Source: Candidatus Eiseniibacteriota bacterium
Lineage (GTDB): Bacteria > Eisenbacteria > RBG-16-71-46 > SZUA-252
Assembly (NCBI GenBank): GCA_963703225.1
Contig: OY969801.1
Location: forward strand, 1,664,001 to 1,728,000
Direction of reading: 5' to 3'
Length of the DNA: 64,000 bases
Below are positions 1-10,418 of this stretch, one piece after another; position 1 is the stretch's first letter, and every line of letters begins with the position of its first letter. A model generated the notes under the pieces. The model saw only the letters and a program-made list of their open reading frames with translations, made no database searches and was not told the DNA's origin. Position numbers and translations under genes: made by a program.

Positions 1-3000
1 TGATGAGTAGGTGTCGGGTAAAGCGGTAGTCGGCGTTGATCTGCTCTTCCCCGACCCCGGAAAAGTCGCGAGAGTACTTGAGATAGAGTTCGGGGGTCAC
101 GTACTTTCCAACCCCCACCATGCTCACCGCACTGGCGCTCGTGGTGCCGTTCGCCGTCGTGCCTCCGCTCGCGGTCGCGCTCGCGCCGGATCGAAGATCG
201 ATCGTGTCGATGAATCCTGTTCCGCCCAGCCAATGCTCCAGGTTCTGGAAGAGATAGTTCGAGATCGGGAGCGCGACCCCGGGATTCTCCTGCGTCGTGG
301 TCGTGCCGGAAGCCACGGAGAGCCCCGACGACGGGGCGAATTGTCCGAGGGCGAGCGCCTTCCAGAGATCGTTGGGAGGCGTCCCCTCGTCGTCGTAGAC
401 CCGCACCTTGAGCCGGGAGACGCGGTCGCTCAGCGCCAAGTAGACCGTGTGGGTCTTGTTGGGGTCGGGAATGGTGGTGTCCGCCGTGATGTTCACCTCG
501 GGATCGATCCGGTCGGGGCTGTTGAAGTTCACCGTCCCCTGCAAGTTTCGGAACTGCCGCGTCATGATGTAATACTTGCCGCCCTTCACGTTGAGCACGC
601 CGAGCGCCAAGTCCCCGTTCCCCTCGTTCCTGAAGATCAACGTCCCGTCGCTCTCCAGCTCCACCTCGGCGTCGAGGGTCCGGTAGAACACGTTCCCGGG
701 AATGTCAACGTTGACGTTGTACAGAATTGGAAGCGGCTCGCCGGGGTCGCCGGCGGGCTTGGAGAGGTCGAGCGTCAGCTCCCCTTTGTTGATGACCACG
801 CTGCCGGTGATCACCGGCACCACCGCGCCGACCGGGTTTCGCCCGTTGACGATGTCGAACCCTCCGGTGAGCCGGAAGAGGTAGTTCTCCCGATCGGTGG
901 TCGTGACGTCGGTCGCCTTGATCTTGAATTGGTAATCGCCGCGGGGACCGATCGCGGCCGGCTCGCCCGGCGGGGGAGCGGACGTGGGCCAGCGCCACCA
1001 ACCGGTGGCGCTCAGCGATCCCTTCTTGCCCTGCCGCGCCGTGGCCTTGGTCAGCTGGACCCGCTCCTGGTCGAACGTCGCGTCGAGCGTGATCGCCTCG
1101 AGAATTTCGTAGCGGCCCGCCAGCCGGAGTTTCCCGTCGGCGATCTTGAGACTTCCCGTTACGCGTGGCTTTCGCGACGTACCTCCGACATCCGCCGTGA
1201 CCGTGATTCGTCCACTCGCGGCCGCGATATCCGGGAAGAGCACCGGCAAGACCGAGAGATCCCCCCCGGGAACGCGAAGGCTGAGCGCGATCGGATCCGT
1301 GTTGGAAAGGCGCTCGGGGGCGTAGAGCCCCAGATCGATCGGAATCTCGCCGCTCAGCTTGGAAATCGCGTCCCCCTGGCGGATGTCGCACCGCTTGATC
1401 TGGAGGTGCCGGCGGTCGTAGGAACAGCCCAGCCCGATCAGTTCGACGCTCACCCCGCGAAAGCCGATCCTCGGGGCGCGGGCGTCGAGGTCGAGCACTG
1501 GCGCGGCGGGTGTCCCGGTCAGCCGCGCCTTGAGCGACGCGACCCCCTCCAGCGTCCGGAGCGTCGTATCCACCGGGGCAAACAGCCGAAGATCGAGCGA
1601 GTCGATCGAGACCTCGAGCGCCAGAGCGGCGCGCGAGGCCCATTCCGTATCGCCCTTCCCCAGCGCTCGGAGCCACTGATCCAAAGTGAATCGCGGCCGG
1701 ACCGTGCCGGCGATTCGCGCTCGGCTCTTTCCACCTACCCACTCCGCGCGATCCAGGGTCAAGAGGCCGGGGATGTACTCGACCTGCAGCGCCACGTCGT
1801 CTCCCACGATGCCGCTCCACTCCGGGCGCGCCACGTGCGCCTGAATCGAGATCGTGGGGTCCTCGATCCGGCCCGTGACCTGGAATTCACCCTGGACCAG
1901 CCCCCCGAGCATGAGTTCTTTTGCCCGCCGCACCGGGAGCCGCCCCAGGTCGAGCCCGTCGAGTTTCCCGCGCGCGTCTACGGTCTCCCCCTTCGGATTC
2001 CAATCGATATCGGCCTCCAGAACACCTGGATCCAGATCGAAGGCGAGGTTCTCGACCAGGACCCGATCTCCGATCGATGAAACGTCGACCGCTCCGCGGC
2101 TCCGGATCCGGTGCTCGGCCGTGCTCAGGGAGAGGGAGTCGAGGTGGCCCCGAACGCCTTCGGGTGCGAAGGTGAGGACCCCGCCCAGCGTCAGAAGCGT
2201 ATCGCCGAGGGTCTGGCGATACCGCTGAATCGTCAGTCGCTCTCCACCGGCCACGGTCAGATCGAGGTTCCCGAGTCCGCGCGCGCCGGCGCTCAGCCCG
2301 CGCGCCCCCACGTCGCCGATCAGATCGAGTTTGGGGAGCAGCTTCCCACGGGCTTCGACGGTCATCGTGTCGCAGCCCAGCCCGTTCTCGAGGCGCGTCC
2401 CGTAGAAATCGGCCGAAGCGGCGAAGAGCGGCGCGGCGAGCGTCCCGGTGAGACGCACCGCCACCGACCCCGACCCGGCCTCCGCCGCGACCGGGTGGAG
2501 CAGCGGATTGAATTTCTGAAGATCCGAGATCGATCCCGCCACCCTCGCGTCGAGGGATCGATCCGAATGCAGGACTCCCGTGACGTCGAGACGCGCCCCG
2601 GGAATCTCGACGACGCTGCTGTCGATCGAAACCGCGCCGTCGGGGCTCGCGTGGAGACGCACGGTCCCGCCATCGATCTCGAGCTTCCCGAACTGGCTGG
2701 GTGCGAGGCGAATGGCGGCGGCCACCTCCGGATGCGGCTTGGCGCGGCGCGCGACGATCCGCGCCTCCCCCGCCAAACGTCCCTGAGGCATGTTCTCTGG
2801 CGACTGCCACCAGGGGAGGAGCGCGGGATTCAGGTCGTGGAAGGCGACGTCGGCTTCCACGGAGCCTTGCGTGATCCACGTCCCCTGCCCCGTCACCTCC
2901 GCGTCGCGGACGCGAATCTGGAAACCGGAAATCGAGACCGCCCCGGGCCGCGACCGTGCCTCCAGCACGAGGGTGTCGATCGGCTCGCCTGCGTAGTCAC

Positions 3001-3943
3001 CCGCCAGTCGGGCGCGCGCCTCCCCCGCGGTGGGTGTTCCGGAGAATTCCACCTCGCCCCGAAGCGTTCCCTCGGACGCCTGCACCTCGAATACCTTGAG
3101 GAATTCCTGCAGGTGGAGGGGGTGGAGAGAAAGCAGTCCCGAGCGGAAGCGTGCTTCGGACAGGTCCCAATCGGCTCGGACGGTCAGGCGCGAGGCTCCT
3201 GCCCCAACCTCAACCGGGTCGGCGCGGAGGGAATCCCCCGCGACGACGACCGTACCGCTCATTTGAAGATTGCCGGGCCGGCCGGGAGTCTTGCTCACTC
3301 CGACGAAGTTGCGGATGAGCAGCTCGGATCGCCCTTCGCCGAGGTTGAGCGTCGCCCGCCCGTGGATCTCCCCAAAGCGAATATCCTCACGATCGATGGA
3401 GAACCCGCCGTCTCGAATGACCACCTCGAGCCGCGTCTGTCGCGTGGAAGCGGCCTTGGACTCGTGGTGCGCAAATCGGGGCACGACCACCTCCCCCGAT
3501 CGATCGTGCACCAGGTAGATCCGAGGCCCTTGGACATCGACGCGGAGGTCCTGCGACAGGCCCAGGAGGATTCGGAACAGGTCGTAGTCCACCCGGAGCG
3601 TTTTCGCGCTGGCCCAGGTCACCTCCCCGTCAGGAGTCCGCACGAGCAGCCGCGGGTTCTCGATAACCGCGCCGCGCATCAGGGTTCCGTGCACGCGGTC
3701 GCCCGCGAATCGTGTGGAATCGGTCCCGACCGCTCGGTTGATCTCAGCGATAATGCGCCGCGAGAGACGTGGGCTCCCTGCGGTGAACAGGGTCCCCAGG
3801 AGCACGGCGCCGCTCAGGACGAGGATGAGAAGCGCCCCGACGGAAATGAGCGCCGCCCGGAGCCAGGCCGGCATGCGCCATCCGCCCTGTCGATTCCGCC
3901 TTGCCGATTCGGGTTCCACGGATCCCCCGCCTGTTGCCGACAT
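1..3943 (-). CDS. tamB: TamB/DUF490 translocation and assembly module protein (3' end runs off the window)
   Basis: Absent from the ORF track because it is truncated. Read by hand, the same minus frame gives an N-terminal TM segment (LRAALISVGALLILVLSGAVLLG) and a TamB-like C-terminus (EEQINADYRFTRHLLI). It directly follows the Omp85 gene. Confidence 0.8.
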   Translation of the reverse strand, partial: MSATGGGSVEPESARRNRQGGWRMPAWLRAALISVGALLILVLSGAVLLGTLFTAGSPRLSRRIIAEINRAVGTDSTRFAGDRVHGTLMRGAVIENPRLLVRTPDGEVTWASAKTLRVDYDLFRILLGLSQDLRVDVQGPRIYLVHDRSGEVVVPRFAHHESKAASTRQTRLEVVIRDGGFSIDREDIRFGEIHGRATLNLGEGRSELLIRNFVGVSKTPGRPGNLQMSGTVVVAGDSLRADPVEVGAGASRLTVRADWDLSEARFRSGLLSLHPLHLQEFLKVFEVQASEGTLRGEVEFSGTPTAGEARARLAGDYAGEPIDTLVLEARSRPGAVSISGFQIRVRDAEVTGQGTWITQGSVEADVAFHDLNPALLPWWQSPENMPQGRLAGEARIVARRAKPHPEVAAAIRLAPSQFGKLEIDGGTVRLHASPDGAVSIDSSVVEIPGARLDVTGVLHSDRSLDARVAGSISDLQKFNPLLHPVAAEAGSGSVAVRLTGTLAAPLFAASADFYGTRLENGLGCDTMTVEARGKLLPKLDLIGDVGARGLSAGARGLGNLDLTVAGGERLTIQRYRQTLGDTLLTLGGVLTFAPEGVRGHLDSLSLSTAEHRIRSRGAVDVSSIGDRVLVENLAFDLDPGVLEADIDWNPKGETVDARGKLDGLDLGRLPVRRAKELMLGGLVQGEFQVTGRIEDPTISIQAHVARPEWSGIVGDDVALQVEYIPGLLTLDRAEWVGGKSRARIAGTVRPRFTLDQWLRALGKGDTEWASRAALALEVSIDSLDLRLFAPVDTTLRTLEGVASLKARLTGTPAAPVLDLDARAPRIGFRGVSVELIGLGCSYDRRHLQIKRCDIRQGDAISKLSGEIPIDLGLYAPERLSNTDPIALSLRVPGGDLSVLPVLFPDIAAASGRITVTADVGGTSRKPRVTGSLKIADGKLRLAGRYEILEAITLDATFDQERVQLTKATARQGKKGSLSATGWWRWPTSAPPPGEPAAIGPRGDYQFKIKATDVTTTDRENYLFRLTGGFDIVNGRNPVGAVVPVITGSVVINKGELTLDLSKPAGDPGEPLPILYNVNVDIPGNVFYRTLDAEVELESDGTLIFRNEGNGDLALGVLNVKGGKYYIMTRQFRNLQGTVNFNSPDRIDPEVNITADTTIPDPNKTHTVYLALSDRVSRLKVRVYDDEGTPPNDLWKALALGQFAPSSGLSVASGTTTTQENPGVALPISNYLFQNLEHWLGGTGFIDTIDLRSGASATASGGTTANGTTSASAVSMVGVGKYVTPELYLKYSRDFSGVGEEQINADYRFTRHLLI

Positions 3944-3944
3944 C

Positions 3945-5948
3945 TCAGTAAGGATTGCCTAGGCTGAAGTGAAATTCTCCCCGAGGGCTGCTCAGGTCGG
4001 GTTCGTACGGTGTGCGGGCGCTGCGAATCTTCCATCCGTAGTCGAAGCGGACAGGTCCGACGGGAGTGCCGATTCGGAGCCCAACCCCACCACTGTACCG
4101 CATATCGTTGTACCCCGCGCCGCCACCGAAGCTGAAGATTTTCGACGGTTTGATGTCCTCGGGACGCTCCCAGACGTTACCCCCGTCGAAGAAGGCGGCC
4201 CCCGAGAAGATCCACAAGAGCGGAAAGCGAAGCTCGACCGATGCGAGAAGCACGACCTGGCCGCCCACAATCACCACCTGCTGCCTCCCGGTCGAATCGG
4301 CCACCTCCCGGGTCCCAAATTCGTTCTCCAAATATCCTCGCACGGTGGACGCGCCACCGGTTCGATAGCGCTCGTTGCTCGGGATCTGGGCCAGCTCCGG
4401 GGGGATCGAGAGGGATGGATCGGGGCCGGGCTTGGGTCCCCATGGCTCGAGCAGACCACCCCGCACTCGGGCCGCGAGAATGCTGTGGGAGCGAAGCGAA
4501 AGGTACTTGATCCCCTGGAGCCCGAGATTGGTGAATCCTCTGTTCCCCGGCGTCGCGCCGGTGACCAGCTCGACCTTTCCGAGGACGTCTTGACCCCGCT
4601 TGGGATTGAAGATGTCGGGGAGCCGGGTGTCCCACTCGGAATTGATGCCGATCCGGTTCGTCGAATAGCTCCCGGTGCCGGCCGCCACGCTGGCGCTGTC
4701 GGTGATCACGTGCCGTAGCTCGTACGAGAGATAATTCCGGATGTCGCGCAGGAAGGGGCTCGCGAAGACGATCGATCCGCCGTTCGCGCGAATGGGAAAC
4801 TGGTCGGTCTCCTGGATGATCGGCTCCTCCTCGGCGTACACGCCGACGGTGGTCTGAATGCGCACGCCGAACGGCCATGGATGCGTCACCGCGGCGTCGA
4901 TGCGGCGGTCGCCGAATGTGGTCTGCGCCAGATCCCGTTTCACGAGAAGTCCCAGGCGACCCGTGGCCACGAATCGCATCGACGACCGAAAGATGTTCCG
5001 CTGCCCCCACTGCGCCGTGAGGCGGACCTGGTCCACCGTCCCGTACCCGATACCGGCGTCGACCCACCCCATCTTCGCCTCCCGGACCGAGACGATGAGG
5101 TCGGATCGGTAGGTGACGGTGTCGGGCGTCTCCAGCGACATCTGGACATCGGAGAAGAGCCCGGAATCGTAGATCCGCTGCTGGCTCAGGATGAGCTTGG
5201 AGCGCCGGATGGTGTCCCCCTGTTTGAGAAGCATTTCCCTCGACACGTACGACGGCTTGCTCCGATTGGTCCCTTCGACCAGGACCTCGTCGAGGAAGAC
5301 TTTGGGGCCCGGATCCACCCGGTAGAAGACGTTCACCCAGTTGCTGTCCACCGCGAGAGAATCGACCACCTTCGCGAGGACGTGGCCCCGATCGGCGTAC
5401 GCGTAGACGATCGAATCGCGACTGGCTTCGAGGATCGGGAAGTCGAGCGGAGACCCCGCTCGGTACCGAAGCGTCTTCCGGAACTCCGCCTCCGAGACGG
5501 GGCCGAGCCCTTCCATCGTGATCGAGCGGATGGACGCCCTCGGCCCCTCGCTCAGGTAGAAATGAACGTCCGATTTCGAGGACGTGCCGACCGGAATGAT
5601 CTGGACGCTGTCGACCCGCGCGTGGAGGTATCCATGCCGGCGATAAAACGTCGCGAGCGTCGCTCGGTCGGAGCGGATGAAGTCGTATCGGAGGGGATTC
5701 TTTTGCCACGGCTTCCAGAAGGAGCTGGCCCGGGTGCGGAGGAGGTCGCGCAGCGGGCCGCTCTTGTACGCCACGTTGCCATGAATCTCGAGCTTGCGGA
5801 CGTGATGCTCGACATCGAATTCTTGTTGCGCGATCGCGGGCTCCGGGGCGAGCGCCGCGCAGAGCGCGACACAAATCGGCACCACGGCCGCGCGCCAAGG
5901 CAATAGGGGTTGTGGGCTTCTCCCGCTGAACTCGGCGACTCGCCTCAA
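3945..5948 (-). CDS. Omp85 family outer-membrane protein with about 3 POTRA domains (TamA-like)
   Basis: Signal peptide, POTRA-like segments (YRRHGYLHARV, IYDSGLFSDV), GGASTVRGY motif, C-terminal TPVGPVRFDYG...FHFSLGNPY; adjacent to tamB. Confidence 0.9.
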   Translation of the reverse strand: MRRVAEFSGRSPQPLLPWRAAVVPICVALCAALAPEPAIAQQEFDVEHHVRKLEIHGNVAYKSGPLRDLLRTRASSFWKPWQKNPLRYDFIRSDRATLATFYRRHGYLHARVDSVQIIPVGTSSKSDVHFYLSEGPRASIRSITMEGLGPVSEAEFRKTLRYRAGSPLDFPILEASRDSIVYAYADRGHVLAKVVDSLAVDSNWVNVFYRVDPGPKVFLDEVLVEGTNRSKPSYVSREMLLKQGDTIRRSKLILSQQRIYDSGLFSDVQMSLETPDTVTYRSDLIVSVREAKMGWVDAGIGYGTVDQVRLTAQWGQRNIFRSSMRFVATGRLGLLVKRDLAQTTFGDRRIDAAVTHPWPFGVRIQTTVGVYAEEEPIIQETDQFPIRANGGSIVFASPFLRDIRNYLSYELRHVITDSASVAAGTGSYSTNRIGINSEWDTRLPDIFNPKRGQDVLGKVELVTGATPGNRGFTNLGLQGIKYLSLRSHSILAARVRGGLLEPWGPKPGPDPSLSIPPELAQIPSNERYRTGGASTVRGYLENEFGTREVADSTGRQQVVIVGGQVVLLASVELRFPLLWIFSGAAFFDGGNVWERPEDIKPSKIFSFGGGAGYNDMRYSGGVGLRIGTPVGPVRFDYGWKIRSARTPYEPDLSSPRGEFHFSLGNPY

Positions 5949-5958
5949 CCGGCGAGGA

Positions 5959-7341
5959 TCAGGGTCCGGGCGCGGGGGCCGCCGTGTCGGCAGGCGCCGT
6001 CGACCGGAGCCTCTTGTCGATGTCGGCTTCGGCCTGCCTGCGCTGAGTCACCCGGCTCACGTCGTTGTAGAACGCGAAGACCACGAGCCCGATCAGCATG
6101 AAGAGGCCGATCCGCTGGAAGACATTCTGCGTCCGGAGTGAGAGGGGCCTGCGGCGCACCGCCTCGATCAGGGCGAAGAAAATGTGGCCCCCGTCGAGGA
6201 TCGGAATCGGTAGCAGGTTCATCACCATGAGCGCCAGGCTGATGAAAGAGGCGAAGGTGGTCAGCTGGGTGAGGCCCCCCTTCGCCTGCTCCCGCGCCAC
6301 TTGCGCGATGGCGATCGGGCCGGCGATCGAGCCGTGGAGGCGGATGGGATCCGAGATAAAGCTCCAAAGCCCGACGTAGATCTGACCCGTGGCCCAGAGG
6401 GTCTGCTCCACGCCTCGCACGATTGCCTTCCCCGGTGGGAAGCTCTGGCGATAGGTGAGGGTCTGGGGGGGCGAGACGCCGATCGTTCCCTCCGCGGTCG
6501 TTTTCACCTGGAGCGAGAACGTGCTGTCACCCCGTCGAACGACCAACGTGCGCACCGCATTGGGGCGCCTCCGCATCGCGGCCGAAAGATCGGGCCAGTT
6601 GGTCACACGCACCCCGTCGACGCTCAGGATCTCGTCCCCTTCCCGAAGCCCCGCGCCATAGGCCGGCATGCCGATGAGCGCCTGGCCGATGACCGTCCGC
6701 GTACCGATGTCCCACTCGAGGCCGTCGGCGAGGGTCCCGAGGCTCCGCGCGGGAACCGCTAGAGCGCTCTCGCCGCCGTGCCGCTCGACCACCAGCCGGA
6801 GCGGCTCCTCCCCCGCTCCCTTAGCGGCCGCGACCGCGTCGTCGAGTTGAGAGAGCGTCCGCGCGGGGCGCCCACCCAGGCTCACGATCTGGTCATGCGG
6901 TTCCAGGCCGACCTGCTCGGCCACGGACCCCGGTTTCACCTTGGAGACGAGGGACGAGAAATCCCGCCCTTCAACTCCCCCCATGAAGAGGGCGATGTTG
7001 ATGACGAGGGCGAAGGCTAGGTTGGCGAGAGGCCCCGCCGCTGCGATCAGCGCCCGGGCCCACCACGGCTTGGAGAGGAACTCGTCGGGCGCGCCGGTCC
7101 GATCCTCGGCTTCCTCGCTGTCCCCCGCCATCCGGACAAAGCCGCCCAGAGGGAGCGCCGAGATTCGGTAATCGGTCCCGCCGCGGCGGAACCCCAGCAC
7201 GCGGGGTCCCATCCCGATCGAGAAAGAGATCACGCGGACGCCCAGCCACTTGGCGACGAGGAAATGCCCCAGCTCGTGCACCAGCACGAGGACGCCGAGG
7301 AGCAGGGCTCCGTAGAAAAGGACGGGCAGGACTTCGTTCAT
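5959..7341 (-). CDS. rseP: RIP metalloprotease RseP with two PDZ domains
   Basis: HELGH, LPLGGFVRM, AGPLAN and NLLPIPILDGGH motifs; alternative start at 7368. Confidence 0.95.
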   Translation of the reverse strand: MNEVLPVLFYGALLLGVLVLVHELGHFLVAKWLGVRVISFSIGMGPRVLGFRRGGTDYRISALPLGGFVRMAGDSEEAEDRTGAPDEFLSKPWWARALIAAAGPLANLAFALVINIALFMGGVEGRDFSSLVSKVKPGSVAEQVGLEPHDQIVSLGGRPARTLSQLDDAVAAAKGAGEEPLRLVVERHGGESALAVPARSLGTLADGLEWDIGTRTVIGQALIGMPAYGAGLREGDEILSVDGVRVTNWPDLSAAMRRRPNAVRTLVVRRGDSTFSLQVKTTAEGTIGVSPPQTLTYRQSFPPGKAIVRGVEQTLWATGQIYVGLWSFISDPIRLHGSIAGPIAIAQVAREQAKGGLTQLTTFASFISLALMVMNLLPIPILDGGHIFFALIEAVRRRPLSLRTQNVFQRIGLFMLIGLVVFAFYNDVSRVTQRRQAEADIDKRLRSTAPADTAAPAPGP

Positions 7342-7389
7342 GGTTTTGGGATTCCCCTCCCGGTCCATTCCGACCGGGCCGGGAAAACG

Positions 7390-7418
7390 ACTCTAACAGG
7401 TTGAAATTATTGGGTCAA
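7390..7418 (-). promoter_or_regulatory. sigma70-like promoter for rseP-tamA-tamB
   Basis: TTGACC-N17-TAGAGT with an extended-10 TG; the -35 overlaps the upstream TGA stop. Confidence 0.65.
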
Positions 7419-8524
7419 CCCGACCACCCGAGCGCCTCGAGATATACCCGGCGGGTGCCCTCGGAGGTCCGATCGGCTGAGAAGAGACGGGCCCGTTCCC
7501 GTGCCCGCGCCCCCATGGCGGCGCGGCGCTCGGGATCTTCCGCGAGCGCGACGATGGCGTCGGCGAGCGCGTCTGGGTTTCGGGCCCCGACGAGCACTCC
7601 CGATTCACCATCGGCGACGATCTCGGGAATTCCGCCCACGCGCGTGGCCACCACCGGGAGCCCCGCCGCCATCGCGTCCAGCGTGGACGTGCCCAGTCCC
7701 TCGAGATAGGAGGAGACGCAGAAGATATCGGCAGCGCGCAGCAGATCCGTAACGTCTTCGCGGAATCCGAGGAACCGAACGGCGTCGCCGAGCCCAAGCG
7801 CGCGGTGCTGATGCTCGAGCTCCGCGCGCAGCGGCCCCTCGCCGGCGATCCAGAATCGGAGGTCGTCGCGGCGCGCGCGGGCGATCCCCGCCGCGCGAAG
7901 CAGGTCGATTTGCGACTTGTGGGGAGCCAGCGCGGCAATCTGAAGTACGAGCACCTCGTCCTCGGCGATTCCGAGACGCCGTCGCTCCCCGGCCCGATCG
8001 AAGGGTGTCGTAAACGGCGCGAGATCGATCCCGCTCGGCACGACGCGGATCTTTGCCGCCTTCACACCGCTTTGGATGAGCGCGTCCCGCACGCCGTTCG
8101 AGATCGCGATGATCATCTCGATCGGGAGCGAGTAGAGGAGGACGCTGCCCGGGTTCCGCCGAACCAGGAAATCGACGCGGCGGGAGAGGATCCTCGCCGG
8201 CCCGGGGGCGGCGAGCGAAGCCAATGCCCCCAGCGCGTGGGCGTGGGCCGCGTGCCAGTGGACGACGTCGGGATCGATCGCGTGGTGGAGCCGGGCAAGC
8301 GTGAAAACGGACGCGAGATCCCATGTCCCGCGCATCGGAACCCCGTGGACGGGAAAGTTCTCGCTCTTGGCCCGCTTCCAGAGAACGCTCTCTCGGGGCG
8401 CGGCGAGGTGGGGGTCGTCCCCGAGGCTCCTCTGGCGACGCATCAGCTCGAGCACCTGGCGCTCTCCCCCGCGCCAGGGCCGCTCCGAATCGACGTGGAG
8501 GACGCGGAGACGATCGCCGTCCAT
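7415..8524 (-). CDS. Glycosyltransferase family 4
   Basis: WRGGERQ N-terminal motif; EGLGTSTLDAMAAGLPVVATRVGGIPE. Confidence 0.9.
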   Translation of the reverse strand: MDGDRLRVLHVDSERPWRGGERQVLELMRRQRSLGDDPHLAAPRESVLWKRAKSENFPVHGVPMRGTWDLASVFTLARLHHAIDPDVVHWHAAHAHALGALASLAAPGPARILSRRVDFLVRRNPGSVLLYSLPIEMIIAISNGVRDALIQSGVKAAKIRVVPSGIDLAPFTTPFDRAGERRRLGIAEDEVLVLQIAALAPHKSQIDLLRAAGIARARRDDLRFWIAGEGPLRAELEHQHRALGLGDAVRFLGFREDVTDLLRAADIFCVSSYLEGLGTSTLDAMAAGLPVVATRVGGIPEIVADGESGVLVGARNPDALADAIVALAEDPERRAAMGARARERARLFSADRTSEGTRRVYLEALGWSG

Positions 8525-9636
8525 CAGCGTCTCGCCTTGGGGGCGGTCGTTTCCCGGGCCCGGGCGATGGCCCCCGCCAGGAGGAGACCGATCGGCTTGG
8601 CCGATGCCTGCTCCCGCACGGCGGCCCGCCCCGCATCTCCGATCCGCCGACTCCTTCCAGGATCGCTGGCCAATTCCTCGAGCGCCCGGGCGAGCGCGGG
8701 CGGATCGCCGGGCGGGACGAGCACCAAGTGCTCGCCGTCGCGAAAGAATTCCGCGACCGCCCTCGACCGGCGGGTCACGGTTGGAATCCCCATGGCCATC
8801 GACTGGTAGACCTTGTGGGGCACGACGCGCCCAGCCTTGGGCGTCGTGCCAAAGATTCCGAGTGCAAAGTCGGCGTTGGCCAGCGCATCGAGCGCATCTT
8901 CGTAAGGCGTGCGCGGCACTCTCCGAACCGAGGTCAAGCCGCGCGCGGCGATGTCACGCTCGGCGCGCGGCGCGGTCATCCCGTCGCCGATGAGCGTGAA
9001 GCGGGCAAACCGGGGCCCGTGCCGGGATTCGAGAAGCGCGGCGGCCTCCACGATGACGTCCACTCCGTGGAGCGGCAGGAATCCGCCAATGTAGACGACC
9101 TCGACGCGTCCCGGGGGTCTCTCGCCCGAACGTCTGCCTCCACGCTCGAACGCGCCCCGGTCCGCTCCAACCGGAACCCTCCAGAGTTTGGAGCGCGGCA
9201 CTCCGAACTCGGTTGAATAGAGATCGCCGTGTTCCCACGTGTCGCAGAGCACAAGGTCGGCGAGCGCGAGCGCGAAGCGATCGCTCATCCGAAGCCGGCC
9301 CGAAGCGAGGCCACCCGGACGAACCCGTCCCAGATCGCCGACCTGCGTGTCCCAACGGGAGACGAGCGGATCGAAGAGGACCGGCACGCCCGACGCGCGC
9401 CCGAGGGCCCAGGCGAGCGGCACGTCCCGGTGGCCGAACGCGGGCACGATCAGGGCGTCGAGCGAGCTCGCGGAGGCCGCCCACCGTCCGAGGAGCTTGG
9501 CCTCGCGCACGACCGCCGGCGCGCGGGGCGGAACGTCGATGAGCCTGACGTCGATCCCCGATGATTCGAGCCCCTCGCGCAGGACCAGGTTTCGGGGATA
9601 CGAGGGGTCGAAGCCGCCGAAGAGCGCGACCCTCAC
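8524..9636 (-). CDS. Glycosyltransferase (GT-B, family 4-like)
   Basis: Likely GTG start at 9636 (VRVALFGGFDPSYPRN) overlapping the upstream stop; YIGGFLPLHG, VPHKVYQSMAMGIP. Confidence 0.85.
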   Translation of the reverse strand: MRVALFGGFDPSYPRNLVLREGLESSGIDVRLIDVPPRAPAVVREAKLLGRWAASASSLDALIVPAFGHRDVPLAWALGRASGVPVLFDPLVSRWDTQVGDLGRVRPGGLASGRLRMSDRFALALADLVLCDTWEHGDLYSTEFGVPRSKLWRVPVGADRGAFERGGRRSGERPPGRVEVVYIGGFLPLHGVDVIVEAAALLESRHGPRFARFTLIGDGMTAPRAERDIAARGLTSVRRVPRTPYEDALDALANADFALGIFGTTPKAGRVVPHKVYQSMAMGIPTVTRRSRAVAEFFRDGEHLVLVPPGDPPALARALEELASDPGRSRRIGDAGRAAVREQASAKPIGLLLAGAIARARETTAPKARR

Positions 9637-10418
9637 CGATCCTCTCCCGACCCGCGGCCCCTCTCCCGGGGCCGGACTTCGTCCTCCCATCTTCGGGCGT
9701 ACTTGGTAAAGACGGAGAACGCGGCCAGCATGCAGAGAACGATCCCGCTCCGCCCTTCGCGGAATCCGCCCTCGAGGATGTACATGCGCAGGAACCGAAG
9801 CCACGGGCGAAAGAGGAGCCGGCCTCCTGAGGCGCGAATGCCGCGTTGTTTCAAATCGGCCGCCGACCACCGCGTATAGCGTCCGAATTTCTCGAAATAC
9901 TGATCGAGATCGCGGTAGGTCTCGTGGACGAGTCGCTCGCGGAGCGAGCCGACGCGGCCGTCGATGCGAACCTCCGCGTGGACGTGGAGGGGTTGGTAGG
10001 CACCCTTGGTTCGGTCGAAAAGCCGGAGCACCTTGTCCCTCTGCCAGCCCGCCGACCGGATGGGACGCCCCAGAAAGTGATTCGCCCGGTGAATCCAGTA
10101 GCCGTCGGCGCGGCTCGGATCTTCCAACACACGCTCGATCTCGGCGCGAAGCGGCGGCGTCACGCGCTCGTCGGCGTCGACGATCAAGACCCACCGGTGC
10201 TTGAGCTGCGGCAGGGCCCAGTTCTTCTGGGCCGCAGAGTTGACGTACTCGTGCTCGAGCACGCGGTCGGCGATCGATCGCGCGATCGAGATGGTCTCGT
10301 CGACGCTCCCCGAGTCGACCACGACGACCTCGTCGGCCCAGCGGACCGAGTCGAGGCAGGCGTGGATATTCGACCCCTCATTCTTCGTCGGTACCAGAAC
10401 GCTCAGCGGCTCGCGCAC
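9633..10418 (-). CDS. Glycosyltransferase family 2 (WaaE/KdtX-like)
   Basis: LSVLVPTKNE, VVVDSGSVDET, WVLIVDADERV, HVHAEV; GTG start at 10418. Confidence 0.9.
   Translation of the reverse strand: MREPLSVLVPTKNEGSNIHACLDSVRWADEVVVVDSGSVDETISIARSIADRVLEHEYVNSAAQKNWALPQLKHRWVLIVDADERVTPPLRAEIERVLEDPSRADGYWIHRANHFLGRPIRSAGWQRDKVLRLFDRTKGAYQPLHVHAEVRIDGRVGSLRERLVHETYRDLDQYFEKFGRYTRWSAADLKQRGIRASGGRLLFRPWLRFLRMYILEGGFREGRSGIVLCMLAAFSVFTKYARRWEDEVRPRERGRGSGEDR

Noticed and set aside
11..3967. Long plus-strand ORFs (also 35055-38459, 48104-50914, 57095-59431)
   Set aside because: Antisense shadows of real minus-strand genes in GC-rich DNA.
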